This document shows positions 45,625 to 55,681 of a DNA stretch of 64,000 bases, piece by piece. The stretch comes from an uncultured cyanobacterium. GTDB taxonomy: Bacteria; Cyanobacteriota; Cyanobacteriia; Phormidesmidales; Phormidesmidaceae. Each line of letters opens with the position of its first letter. Within the stretch, counting starts at the first letter, position 1. The translations under genes were made by a program, and so were the position numbers. The stretch spans positions 256,001 through 320,000 of the forward strand of contig CAWBZI010000007.1 in NCBI GenBank assembly GCA_963793265.1, given 5' to 3'. Below the pieces are notes generated by a model. It saw only the letters and a program-made list of their open reading frames with translations, ran no database searches and had not been told where the DNA came from.

Positions 45625-48222
45625 ATGACGCGCACTTGGCAATATGTTGTGGCCAGTTTTTTAGGCGCAAGTGCCTTCAGTGGTGGTATTGCAGCAACGC
45701 CTGTTATGGCTTTCAATAGCGCTGATATGGGCGAGGTGCATCAGCAGGTTGCAGAGCGCGCAGTAGATGCAGATGCGATCGCCCACGGACGCCAGCTTTT
45801 TAACGAGGGTCAATTTTCTGCTGCCGCTGAAACTTGGCAAGCTGTTGCTGAAGCGGCTCGCCGCCAAAACGATGTAATAACAGAGACGATCGCACTAAGC
45901 TATAGCTCTCTAGCCCACCAAGAACTAAATCAGTGGGACAAAGCTCAGCAAGCTATCGACAGCAGCGTAGATCTTTTAGAGAACGATGCAGCTAGCAATG
46001 CTGATGCCGCACTATGGGCACAGGCGCTTAATACAAAAGCAAGTTTGGACTACTACTTAGGCCGAGCCGAACCCGCGCTAGAGCTGTGGGAGCAGGCGGA
46101 AGTGTTTTATCAGCAGGCCGATGATAGCGCAGGCGTTTTAGGCGCTCAAATCAACCAGGCGCAGGCGCTGCAAAGCTTGGGGTTTTACCGGCGATCGCGC
46201 CAGCAGCTCGAAAAAATTGCCCAGCAGCTCGGCTCTATGCCCGATTCTGAGCTAAAGATAAACGGCTTTAGAACCTTGGGAACGGCGCTTCAGGTACTCG
46301 GTGACTTATCGGCAAGCAGGGCAGCACTATTCGAGAGCGCTAACATCGCGATCGCTATCGATGCCACCAACGAACTCAGTGCGACCTATCTGAGCTTAGG
46401 CAGAACCGCCGCCGATTGGGGTGATGCTAATGCCGCTATAGATATGTTCGAGCGTGCTCAGTCAGCGGCCAAAAACCCTACCGATAAACTACAGGCTGAC
46501 CTCAGCCGACTGCGATTTTATGCCAACGGCGCTGATGCCGAAAAAGTTGATAGCGTCGCGACTGAAGTCGCACAGCAGCTAGAAGCCCTACCGGCCAGTC
46601 GATTGTCTGTATATGGCACGGTTAATCTTAGCGCCAGCTTAGCTAGATATAACGCCAGACAAAGTTCCAAACAAGATCGAGCAGCGCGATCGATCTCACG
46701 TTCTATCCCAATCGAACAAACAAACCAGCTACTCGCCAAAGCAGTAACAGCGGCCCGAGACTTGAACGACAAACAGGCTGAGGCGTACGCGCTCAATCAG
46801 TGGGGTTCGCTCTATATGCAAACCGAGCAGTGGTCAGACGCGCTTAAGCTTACGGAAAAATCGCTTGAAATTGCGCGCGCTATTAATGCAGATGATATTG
46901 CCTCTCAGTCGGCCTGGCAGTTGGGTCGTATTTTGAAGCAGCAAAACAATACGACCGAGGCGATCGCAGCCTACAGCGAGGCCGTCGATTCACTACAGTC
47001 TTTGCGAAGCGATTTGGTAGCGATTGATCCTGACGTACAGTTCTCTTTTCGAGAAAATGTAGAGCCTATCTATCGAGAGCTGGTGAGCCTGCTGCTCAAG
47101 GGTGACCCCCCCAGCCAAGAAAATTTAATGAAAGCCAGAGAGGTAATCGAGGCCCTTCAGCTTGCAGAGCTAGATAACTTCTTTCAAGAAGCCTGCATTG
47201 ACGCAGAGTCGGCTCAAATCGATCAGGTCGATACGCTTGCAACCGTCATCTATCCGATTATTTTGCCAGACAGGATAGCGGTGATTGCTTCTAGCGCGAA
47301 TCAACCGCTAGAGTACTATTCCACAGCGGTTAGTGCCGAAACGGTAGAAGCTACGCTGAATGACCTGTTAAGTGCGATTCATCCGGTTTCTGATAATCGC
47401 GATCGCCTGGCCCTATCTCAACAGGTCTACGATTGGCTGGTGCGCCCAGCAGAAGACTCTCAGCTAACCGCTAATAGCAAAACCATGGTGTTTGTGCTAG
47501 ACGGAAAGCTACGAAACATACCGATGGCCGCGCTCCATGATGGCGATCGCTATCTGATTGAAAAATACGCAGTGGCGCTCTCACCTGGCCTACAGCTGAT
47601 GAGTTCAAGGTCGCTCGACCAGATCAAAACTGACGCAGTTGTCGGCGGCATTAGCCAAGCCCGTAACGGCTTGAGCGCACTTCCTGCGGTAGAAGATGAA
47701 ATTGCAGATATCAGCCGTTTAGTATCTGCTGATACGCTTATCAATGAAGAATTCACCAGCGATAGCTTAGCCAAAGATATCAAAAATAGTTCAGCGAGCA
47801 TCGTGCATCTAGCCACCCACGGTCAGTTCAGTTCACGGCTCGAAGACACGTTTCTCTCCACCTGGGAAGGCCGCTTAAGTGTAAAAGAGCTATCTGAAAT
47901 TCTGCTGACCAGAGGACGGGCTAATGCTATTGAGCTGCTGGTGCTCAGCGCTTGCGATACTGCTTCAGGAGACGATCGAGCAGTGTTAGGGCTCGCCGGG
48001 CTCGCGGTAAAGTCAGGTGCGAGATCTACCGTTGCAACGCTGTGGCCAGTCAAAGACCAGGCCGCTGCCAAAATGATGAGAGTACTCTACGAAAATATTG
48101 GCGAGCCCAGTGTCAGTAAAGCCGAGGCGCTAAGGCAGGCACAGCTAGCTTTACTCGCAGATCCTGGCTACAGCGATCCGTTCTTCTGGTCGGCCTATAC
48201 GCTCGTTGGAAACTGGCAGTAA
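45625..48222 (+). CDS. Exported TPR-CHAT domain protein (clan CD protease)
   Basis: Signal peptide, TPR repeats, LQLAELDNFF, IVHLATHGQF, LVLSACDTA and PFFWSAYTLVGNW. Confidence 0.93.
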   Translation: MTRTWQYVVASFLGASAFSGGIAATPVMAFNSADMGEVHQQVAERAVDADAIAHGRQLFNEGQFSAAAETWQAVAEAARRQNDVITETIALSYSSLAHQELNQWDKAQQAIDSSVDLLENDAASNADAALWAQALNTKASLDYYLGRAEPALELWEQAEVFYQQADDSAGVLGAQINQAQALQSLGFYRRSRQQLEKIAQQLGSMPDSELKINGFRTLGTALQVLGDLSASRAALFESANIAIAIDATNELSATYLSLGRTAADWGDANAAIDMFERAQSAAKNPTDKLQADLSRLRFYANGADAEKVDSVATEVAQQLEALPASRLSVYGTVNLSASLARYNARQSSKQDRAARSISRSIPIEQTNQLLAKAVTAARDLNDKQAEAYALNQWGSLYMQTEQWSDALKLTEKSLEIARAINADDIASQSAWQLGRILKQQNNTTEAIAAYSEAVDSLQSLRSDLVAIDPDVQFSFRENVEPIYRELVSLLLKGDPPSQENLMKAREVIEALQLAELDNFFQEACIDAESAQIDQVDTLATVIYPIILPDRIAVIASSANQPLEYYSTAVSAETVEATLNDLLSAIHPVSDNRDRLALSQQVYDWLVRPAEDSQLTANSKTMVFVLDGKLRNIPMAALHDGDRYLIEKYAVALSPGLQLMSSRSLDQIKTDAVVGGISQARNGLSALPAVEDEIADISRLVSADTLINEEFTSDSLAKDIKNSSASIVHLATHGQFSSRLEDTFLSTWEGRLSVKELSEILLTRGRANAIELLVLSACDTASGDDRAVLGLAGLAVKSGARSTVATLWPVKDQAAAKMMRVLYENIGEPSVSKAEALRQAQLALLADPGYSDPFFWSAYTLVGNWQ

Positions 48223-48412
48223 CAGAGTTTTGATCAGGGCCATTGTCATCCGTAGCTTGCGTAGTCCACTTAGTAAAAAGTACGCAATCGTTTCAGTAGT
48301 TTTGCACACACCTCTTAGAAGATTTACACAAATTTCCGAAGGGCTACCGTACGCACCGGAAAGGGCAAGTTCTTACTATGGATAACAGCAAGACTGTAAT
48401 TAGGAGCGCGCT

Positions 48413-49423
48413 ATGAAACAACATCGGTTAGCAAAGACTTGGGGCATAGCTGCCTTAACGGCTGTTTCAGCAATCGGCACAGGATGGCGCTATCCAAATG
48501 CTGCCTACGCCGTTACTTTCGAGCCGCCAACAGATCAAGCACCTCATTCAACAACGGGCGGCGCTTCCCGCAGCAGCGTTTTTACCCCACCCAATGACCT
48601 GGCTCCCGTAAACACCACAGGCGGATCTTCTCGGGGTGGATTCTTTACCCCACCCGCTGACAACGCGACGCCTCAAAACGGAACAGCCGGTGCCTCTCGC
48701 GGCAACTTCTTTGCGCCACCTGCTGACAATGCCGCACCTCACAACGCTGCGGGCGGAGCCTCTCGCAGTGACTCATTTGCACCACCGCCTGAGAATGCGA
48801 CGCCTCAAAACACTTCCGGGGGCGCTGCCAGAGGAGAGGGATTAGCTCGGAGTAATGTCTATGGCGTTACCTACTCACCAGAAGGCGTAACTATCCCTGC
48901 CATGATGGCTGTTATGCCTGATACTTTCTATGGCACAACCTTAGAAGCTAGGCCAACTGTTCTTGTCTATACACCGGCTTCTAACGCTGAAGAAGCTATT
49001 TTTAGCCTGAAAGATGAAGCCAAAAACATGGTTTATCAGATGCCAGTCGCTATCCCGGCTGGTGGAGGTGTTATGGCCATCGAACTACCCGCTGATGCCC
49101 CTGAGCTAGCAGTCGGTGAAAACTATCAGTGGTATGTTGCTATGAAGCTAGACAATGAGCTGAGTCCTGCTAGCCCATTTGTAGATGGATGGATTAGTCG
49201 AATTGCGCCCGAACCTCAGCTAACAACAGCATTAAGCCAGGGCGATGCCCTAGCTAAAGTTGAAGCATTAGGGGCCCATGGCATTTGGTACGATACCGCA
49301 GCACAGCTAGCCCTATTAAAAGAGGCTGACGGTAGCGAGGTGATGAGTACTCATTGGTACGAGCTACTGGAGGCTGTAGGGCTCGCAGAGATTGCCTCAG
49401 CGCCTATTGATATTGTTGAGTAG
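48413..49423 (+). CDS. DUF928 domain exported protein with N-terminal repeats
   Basis: Signal peptide (..AAYA); GTTLEARPTVLVY, LAVGENYQW, VDGWISR, GIWYD and W.ELLEAVGL are typical of DUF928. Confidence 0.88.
   Translation: MKQHRLAKTWGIAALTAVSAIGTGWRYPNAAYAVTFEPPTDQAPHSTTGGASRSSVFTPPNDLAPVNTTGGSSRGGFFTPPADNATPQNGTAGASRGNFFAPPADNAAPHNAAGGASRSDSFAPPPENATPQNTSGGAARGEGLARSNVYGVTYSPEGVTIPAMMAVMPDTFYGTTLEARPTVLVYTPASNAEEAIFSLKDEAKNMVYQMPVAIPAGGGVMAIELPADAPELAVGENYQWYVAMKLDNELSPASPFVDGWISRIAPEPQLTTALSQGDALAKVEALGAHGIWYDTAAQLALLKEADGSEVMSTHWYELLEAVGLAEIASAPIDIVE
48518..48835 (+). repeat. Five in-frame 63-66 bp tandem repeats (FxPP...P....GG(A/S)SR-like)
   Basis: Units start at 48518, 48581, 48644, 48710 and 48776. 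Confidence 0.92.
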
Positions 49424-49472
49424 TTGGACAGTGTAGTTAGACATTCACTAAGTATTGACACGAGGATTAAAG

Positions 49473-49505
49473 GCGGACGAGCGTTGAGGCTCGCTCCGCT
49501 TTTTT
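49473..49505 (+). terminator. Rho-independent terminator after the DUF928 gene
   Basis: Hairpin GCGGA-CGAGC-gttgag-GCTCG-c-TCCGC followed by TTTTTT. Confidence 0.75.
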
Positions 49506-49516
49506 CTTTGCCTAAT

Positions 49517-49550
49517 TTTTGACTGGCTTCTTTTGACTGGCTTCTTTTGA
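49517..49550 (+). repeat. 14-bp tandem duplication
   Basis: TTTTGACTGGCTTC x2, then TTTTGA. Confidence 0.85.
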
Positions 49551-49636
49551 ATGGAAGGGCTAAGAGCAACGACTCAATTGTAGGTAGTAGGATAGAGAAA
49601 CAAGCTGTTCTGTGGCGATTGATAGTGGTTGAAAAG

Positions 49637-50833
49637 ATGTCGGTGATTGAGGATATTTTAGAGAGGGCTTTAGCCGGAGACGATATTTCGGTTGCCGATG
49701 GCGTTGCTTTGTTGAAAGTAAAAAATATTGAGCAAAAGGAACGCGTTCGCAGCACCGCAGATACACTCAGGCAGCGACAGGTAGGTGATACGGTCACCTA
49801 CATTCTCAATCGAAATATTAACTACACCAATATCTGCGAGCAGCACTGTAGCTTCTGCGCGTTTCGACGAGATGCCGATCAGTCCGGGGCCTACTGGGTA
49901 GATTGGAGCGGCATTTTAGAGAAGGCGACGGAGGCAGCTCAGTTAGGTGCGACAGAAGTCTGTATGCAGGGCGGCTTGAATCCTCAGGCAAAGATTGCAG
50001 GTACGTCGCTAGGCTATTACCGTAAGCTGGTAGAAACGATTAAAGCCGCTTCGCCTGATCTGCACGTCCATGCGTTTTCCCCTCAAGAAGTGCAGTTTAT
50101 TGCTAGAGAAGACGGGCTCACGCTCGAAGCCGTTTTAGTTGAGCTGCGCGATGCGGGCGTGGGCTCGCTACCAGGAACAGCCGCAGAGGTGCTAGATGAT
50201 AGCGTGCGGCGAATACTTTGCCCTGAGAAAACAACTGCCGCAGAGTGGTTAGAAATTGTTGGCCTAGCGCACAAAGTAGGACTGCCGACCACTAGCACTA
50301 TGCTATCGGGACATATTGAGACGATTGAGCAACAGGTTGTTCATTTAGATTTGCTACGACAGCTTCAACAGCGCTCTCTTGCCGCTGAATATGTTGGAAT
50401 ATCAGAGTTTATATTGCTGCCGTTTGTTGGACAAGAAGCGCCTAAACCGTTGAGACGTAGGGTAGGCCGCGACCAGCCTGTTTTAGAAGATGCTTTGCTG
50501 CTGACGGCGGTGGCCAGGATTTTCCTGGGAAATTGGATTGTGAATCATCAGCCAAGCTGGGTGAAGCTGGGCTTAGTGGGGGCGACTGAGGCTTTGCGGT
50601 GGGGCTGCAATGATATTGGTGGCACGCTGATGGAAGAGCATATTACGTCTATGGCTGGGGCGACTGGGGGAACTTGCCAAAGTGAGGAAGATTTGGTGGC
50701 AGCGATCGCCTCTACCGGTCGGCAGGCAAAGCAGCGAGATACGCTGTATAGCCACAAGCAAAATAATGTTAAGACTGCTGCGGCTGTTGGTCGTGCAAAG
50801 CTTGTAGCAGCGCCACAAGTTCAGTGCGGATAG
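49637..50833 (+). CDS. cofH: FO synthase subunit CofH (radical SAM)
   Basis: [54 protein letters not shown] and [18 protein letters not shown] motifs. Confidence 0.88.
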   Translation: MSVIEDILERALAGDDISVADGVALLKVKNIEQKERVRSTADTLRQRQVGDTVTYILNRNINYTNICEQHCSFCAFRRDADQSGAYWVDWSGILEKATEAAQLGATEVCMQGGLNPQAKIAGTSLGYYRKLVETIKAASPDLHVHAFSPQEVQFIAREDGLTLEAVLVELRDAGVGSLPGTAAEVLDDSVRRILCPEKTTAAEWLEIVGLAHKVGLPTTSTMLSGHIETIEQQVVHLDLLRQLQQRSLAAEYVGISEFILLPFVGQEAPKPLRRRVGRDQPVLEDALLLTAVARIFLGNWIVNHQPSWVKLGLVGATEALRWGCNDIGGTLMEEHITSMAGATGGTCQSEEDLVAAIASTGRQAKQRDTLYSHKQNNVKTAAAVGRAKLVAAPQVQCG

Positions 50834-51365
50834 ATTGATGGGTGCAGTCGGCGTCGGGGTGAGGAGCGGTGTCTGGACGCTGGAAGTAGGGGCGATCACC
50901 TGTGAGCTTGCCTTGAGCAATCGCGACTTGCCGCGCAAATTCGTGGAAGGTCGTCGGCTCGGCTAGGATGCTTGCAGTAATTTGAGCTAGAGCAATCAGC
51001 GGTGTGTCGAGCTGACGGCTCACGCGAATGTCTTGGCTAACCCAGCTCTGAAGAGCTGTAGAAAGCGCGCTAGTATTAGGGTTCGCAAGATATTTAAGGA
51101 TGAACCGATTGATCTTAGCTGTAGCCCGTAGCGGGCGCGGAACGGTTGATTCGCCCTTCATAAAGCTACCGCCCTCTCGGCCAATGGCTTCGGCTAGTGA
51201 GAACTTGCGCTGCGCTCGGATTTCTCTTTGGAGGTCGTTTAGATTGTTTGGGGTTGAGTTGGGCTTGGATTCAGGCGGAAGGGGGTGTGATCGCTGCCCA
51301 GGCTGTTGAGAATCTGGGACATTAAAATTCAGATAAAACCATAGCTTTCTAAGAAAAGAGATCAT
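50769..51365 (-). CDS. Hypothetical protein
   Basis: 198-aa ORF with [20 protein letters not shown] and RPYFQ..HPD segments that look conserved. Confidence 0.7.
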   Translation of the reverse strand: MISFLRKLWFYLNFNVPDSQQPGQRSHPLPPESKPNSTPNNLNDLQREIRAQRKFSLAEAIGREGGSFMKGESTVPRPLRATAKINRFILKYLANPNTSALSTALQSWVSQDIRVSRQLDTPLIALAQITASILAEPTTFHEFARQVAIAQGKLTGDRPYFQRPDTAPHPDADCTHQSIRTELVALLQALHDQQPQQS

Positions 51366-51467
51366 AAGAGATTTTCGTTATTCGTAAGCAATATTACTTT
51401 TTTGGCGGCAGTGCCTCTACGTACATCTACGGCGGGAACCCTTAGTAGAAAATATATTGAAGAAAAT

Positions 51468-52121
51468 ATGCTGGGTATTAATAAGCAAGCTGGGGTTTCG
51501 CTTTTATGGGTAGGCGTTAACTTCGTTGGGATTTTAGCGGGCACGCTAGTCGCCTTTTTTCTGTACACGTTTCTCACGCTAAACAACAATATTACGCTAG
51601 ATGCCGTAAAACTACTGGCTCAGCTCGCTATCTGCGGTGCCGTTCAAGGGTTCATTGTAGCTGGGCTGCAGACCATTGTTCTGTTGCTTGGCAAGCTAAA
51701 GCTAGTGCAGTGGCTAGTGACTAATATGCTCAGTATGGCGGCTGGTATGGCCGCACCTACCGCCTATGCGATCGCGATTCATCCTAACTTTGAAGCAACC
51801 GTTTCTTTTAACCAATACGTGATGTCTGGCTGGGTGCTCTCTTGGGTGTTGGCGGGTGCTAGCGGTGGCATTGTGCTTGGGCAGGGGCGATCTCAAAAGA
51901 TTCGCTGGGCCACCTTGAACGCAGCCGCTTACCTCTACTGGGGACTCTCAGCAGCTTGGGGGATGCGCTTGCTGGATGCGGCGCTATATGGCGTCTCGAC
52001 ACTATCGACCCGCTGGGGACGTAGCCTACTATTGATTGGACTAATGCTGAGCATAGGCGCTTGGCTGCATAGCTACGTGTTTAGAGGCGTAGCGCGAAGA
52101 CGTAACCGCGTAGAAATCTAG
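51468..52121 (+). CDS. Hypothetical integral membrane protein
   Basis: About six hydrophobic segments; probable start at ATG 51468. Confidence 0.75.
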   Translation: MLGINKQAGVSLLWVGVNFVGILAGTLVAFFLYTFLTLNNNITLDAVKLLAQLAICGAVQGFIVAGLQTIVLLLGKLKLVQWLVTNMLSMAAGMAAPTAYAIAIHPNFEATVSFNQYVMSGWVLSWVLAGASGGIVLGQGRSQKIRWATLNAAAYLYWGLSAAWGMRLLDAALYGVSTLSTRWGRSLLLIGLMLSIGAWLHSYVFRGVARRRNRVEI

Positions 52122-52932
52122 CTAGCGATCATCCTATTGCTACTACACATAAAACAGTTAAAGAGAAGCAGGCGATGAAGGATCATTCCCAAAGTGTGTT
52201 TTAAGATACATATTTGATCCCTCAGTAGTGATGACGAGCTAAAAAGTAGCTACGCGCTAGCTATTTTATCCCTGAAGAAATTTATTTAAGTATTATTTTA
52301 CTAAAACGGTAGAAACCTGCCTTGAGAAAGGGATACAGGCAGATAAAATCTCGCAAGCGATATTCTAAGATAAAGACATACGCTTCCTACATGCCATAAT
52401 GTTTTGATTTTCTGACAATCGAAAGATTGTGTCTAGCAAGAGATATTGAAAGTATTGTCTTTATTTTTCTCTTGACTACTGAACTTCATACAAGCTCGCT
52501 GTTTTCCATCAGTTACTGATGTCTGCTTTTTTTAGAATGCCTCAAACAACTGATATGAAGCAATTGGGTAGCGATTTATCTTGTGAGCATAACCTAGTAC
52601 TAAGCCGAATATCTGACTTAGCTTCACATACATCGCTGAGCATTTTATATATTCTTTAGCCGCTTGAAGTGCTTCTTTTTACAAAGCAAAAACAAAAAGC
52701 TTCAGTATCACGTATGTCTATCATTAAGGAGATGTATTAGCGTCAGGAATCTTACTGATAGCCTGCATACTTGACTCTTTTGCGAATGCGAGATAATACT
52801 GACATCATCTATTAAGAGCGCTGAATGACGATAATATTATGACTTTCTGGCTGTACTGTTGGCGACTTTTGTAAAGAGCCAAAAGATATTTTTATCGACC
52901 TAACAATTTAATTTACGAGCTGAAAAGAATCC

Positions 52933-54021
52933 ATGAAATCATCTCCAGATTCGTTCCCAAACTCACCTCGATCTTCAATCAATTCTTCAGAGGTGCTCTC
53001 GCAATTTTGGGAGGAGATGCTTCTCAAAATTGACGCTGATAAAATTCCCGTCGCACTGAAAAGAATAGAGAAGTGGACAAGCACTCAGCCTGAGCTAACA
53101 AGCGTACTCTGTGGCTATGTTATGCGGTATGCTGAGCAGCTTAAAGGAAATCAGGTAGAGGCGGCTATAGACAGAATCGTTCGACAGCATATTGTTGACG
53201 ATTGGGAGCACGGCGCATTAGCCCTTCATTTTAATAGAATCAAGCAGACGCTTTTAAGTCACGATCGCAAAGATTCCTTGCTAATTGAGTACATCCGAAT
53301 TTTGCAGCGGGGGAGCGTTCCGGCAAACAATACTTCGGAGCAGTTCGTTTTGCTGCGCTCTGGTCTAGTTGAGATAGAGCGAGGAAGCTTGAAGGTAGCG
53401 AACTCTACCTATGCAGAAGTTTTCGATCTGAGCTGGGTAGAGCAGCAAATTCCGGGTATCACTAAGCCTGTGGCTATTATTTCGCCCAGTGCCGCCAGCA
53501 ATCGCCCTTCAGCTTTATCTAAACTGTATTCCAAAGTAGCGATCGCAGCGTGTGGCATTGCCTTATTAGGTGCGGCAGTTTCTTCGTATATGAAAGAATC
53601 AGGCGGACAGGCGATCGCAATTAGCGAATCTGGTAGCCAGCTACTTGTCGATCAGCCGGTCGTTGAATCGCGCATTAGCCAGTCGGAAGAAGCCTCTGCC
53701 TCAGTGCCCGCGCCAATAGTCTCTGAACCAGCAGCCTCTGAATCTGCTAGCACCAGTACGCTAGCGATGACACAGAATACAGAGATACAGAATACAGAGA
53801 CACAGAAAGCATTCTTTGATAATGGTGAGGAGCACGCTAAGAACAGTCGCTGGGTGCTGATGATGAGACAGTTTTGCGGCCTTTCGCCCGATTCTATCTA
53901 TTTTTTACCCGCTCAGAAGCATTTAGACCAGTGGAGCGTTTTGTACCCCGATGATATTCAGATTGCAAAAGATATTGTAATGCAGGAAAAATCGGGAAAT
54001 TGCGCGATCGCTACGGAATAA
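52933..54021 (+). CDS. Membrane-anchored protein carrying the C-terminal helical module of AAA_35-type STAND ATPases, without a P-loop
   Basis: KWTSTQPELTSVLC, IVRQHIVDDWE..HFNRIKQTLL and LLRSGLV..LKVANSTYAEVFDLSWV, then one TM helix. Confidence 0.65.
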   Translation: MKSSPDSFPNSPRSSINSSEVLSQFWEEMLLKIDADKIPVALKRIEKWTSTQPELTSVLCGYVMRYAEQLKGNQVEAAIDRIVRQHIVDDWEHGALALHFNRIKQTLLSHDRKDSLLIEYIRILQRGSVPANNTSEQFVLLRSGLVEIERGSLKVANSTYAEVFDLSWVEQQIPGITKPVAIISPSAASNRPSALSKLYSKVAIAACGIALLGAAVSSYMKESGGQAIAISESGSQLLVDQPVVESRISQSEEASASVPAPIVSEPAASESASTSTLAMTQNTEIQNTETQKAFFDNGEEHAKNSRWVLMMRQFCGLSPDSIYFLPAQKHLDQWSVLYPDDIQIAKDIVMQEKSGNCAIATE

Positions 54022-55546
54022 TGGCGGGGGCGGCCCCTTTTTCTTCCATCTCTATCGGGACTCTCAAGCCCAGTCTGCTGATATGCAGTAAGTAGGTAAG
54101 CAGCGAAACTTTTGTACGGTTCGTTGTGACGTAGCTTGTTTTTATTTTCTCTAGCTGTTGCTTGCTAATTCTTTCAGAGCTAGGGCTTGATATATACAGC
54201 AGTAAGCCTACACAAGTCCACGCTATAAAGCTCAAAGTAGCAACCGTTGCAGAAACGCTGATCCACCCTACAACTTGATACAAAACCTGTGACACCCGGC
54301 GGTAGTTATCTATTTGATATTCGCTAGAGCTAGAACTAGCAAATAACCCGACTGCTAGCGTACCCCAGCCGCCACAAACTAAATGAACAGGAATAGCCCC
54401 GACAGGATCGTCAATTCTCCAATCGGTTAGCCGATTTTCGGCATATAGCACCAGCAAGCCACTGACGGCTCCGATGACAACCGCTATGCCGATACTCACG
54501 TAGGCAGACGAAGCGGTGATGCCAACTAGGCCACCTAAAATGCCATTGATAATAGAGTAGAGCCTGGCTTTACGGTCGGTGGCAAACGGGCTAAAAATGA
54601 CGGCACCCAAGCCACCTGCTGCGGCTGAGAAGAAGGTTGTGGTCAAAATATGAGGGACATATTCGAGGCTAGCTGTTGAGCCGCCGTTGAATCCGAACCA
54701 GCCTAGCCAGAGGATGAGGCATCCCAAGGTGGCTAAGCTGAGGTTGTAGGGCTGAAATCTTTTGGCGTCTTCTACAGCTACAAATTTTTGGGTGTTTGCC
54801 TGATAGCCAAACTTGCCCTGTCTGGGGCCAACTATCAGTGCGCCAATTAGGGCAGCGATGCCGCCGACTGAATGGACGACAGTAGAGCCCGCGAAGTCTC
54901 GGAACTGTATAGGCACGGATGATAGCCAGCCGCCGCCCCAAACCCAGTAGCCTGCAATGGGGTAGATAAAGCCTACGAGCAAAAAGCTGAACAGGATAAA
55001 GGCCCAGAACTTGATGCGCTCGGCTACTGCGCCAGAGACAATGGTGGCTGCGGTGCCTGCAAACACTAGCTGAAAGAAGAAAAGGGCTGCAAATGACCTG
55101 CCGGGCCAGGCGATCGCTAAATTACGAAAGCCCGGTGGAAATGGATTAGGAACACTGGCAGAGGGAAAGGGAAAATCGACTAGGAACCCGATCTGTCCGA
55201 TGACTGCGCTGGTGCTGTCGCCAAACATGAACCTGAAGCCAAATAGCCAGAAGGCGAAGGTTGCAATACAAAAGACGATAAGATTCTTGGCGAGGACATT
55301 GATAGCATTGCGGGTGCGACAGAAGCCGGTTTCGAGCATGGCAAAGCCAGCGTTCATAAAAAACACGAGCGCGGCGGCAATTAGTAGCCAAATGGTGCCG
55401 ACTGGATCAAAGGTATTGGCGATCGCTGTCTCTTGGGCTACAGATTTGCTAGCAAATACAAGCAGCAAAATAACTGATAGAGCCAAGCACGCATTGAAAG
55501 AAACAGAAGCGAGGGCGTTGCGTAATAATTTTCGCGGGCGAAACAT
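54011..55546 (-). CDS. amt: Ammonium transporter (Amt family)
   Basis: LVFFMNAGFAMLETG, FQLVFAGTAATIVSGAVAER, DFAGSTVVH, WLGWFGFNGGS and DDPVGAIPVH; both conserved His residues present. Confidence 0.96.
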   Translation of the reverse strand: MFRPRKLLRNALASVSFNACLALSVILLLVFASKSVAQETAIANTFDPVGTIWLLIAAALVFFMNAGFAMLETGFCRTRNAINVLAKNLIVFCIATFAFWLFGFRFMFGDSTSAVIGQIGFLVDFPFPSASVPNPFPPGFRNLAIAWPGRSFAALFFFQLVFAGTAATIVSGAVAERIKFWAFILFSFLLVGFIYPIAGYWVWGGGWLSSVPIQFRDFAGSTVVHSVGGIAALIGALIVGPRQGKFGYQANTQKFVAVEDAKRFQPYNLSLATLGCLILWLGWFGFNGGSTASLEYVPHILTTTFFSAAAGGLGAVIFSPFATDRKARLYSIINGILGGLVGITASSAYVSIGIAVVIGAVSGLLVLYAENRLTDWRIDDPVGAIPVHLVCGGWGTLAVGLFASSSSSEYQIDNYRRVSQVLYQVVGWISVSATVATLSFIAWTCVGLLLYISSPSSERISKQQLEKIKTSYVTTNRTKVSLLTYLLHISRLGLRVPIEMEEKGAAPAIIP

Positions 55547-55681
55547 AGAAACGATAGTTTTTTGTGAAAGGTGCAGATAGTCAGGAAAGCGGCTATAGCT
55601 TAGGCTCTATAGTATTATGCTGAGCACCCTTAAGCTATTTGAAAGGGGGTATAAATTGGCACTTTGTATGTAAGGCGGCTT

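Noticed and set aside
48330..48400. GGAAAGGGCAAG segment as a c-di-GMP riboswitch
   Set aside because: It lacks the GGCAAA-P2-GACGCAAA core and the required pairing.
48518..48835. Regular ~65-bp periodicity suggesting a CRISPR array
   Set aside because: The units are in-frame protein repeats with synonymous divergence; there are no identical direct repeats, unique spacers or cas genes.
49637..50833. MqnC/MqnE futalosine-pathway enzyme
   Set aside because: The [14 protein letters not shown] and SWVKLG pattern and the cyanobacterial host fit CofH better.
55649..55662. GTA-N8-CAC (GTG-N8-TAC on the amt strand) as an NtcA activation site for amt
   Set aside because: It has one mismatch and no -10 box at the canonical ~22-nt distance, so it is too weak to call.
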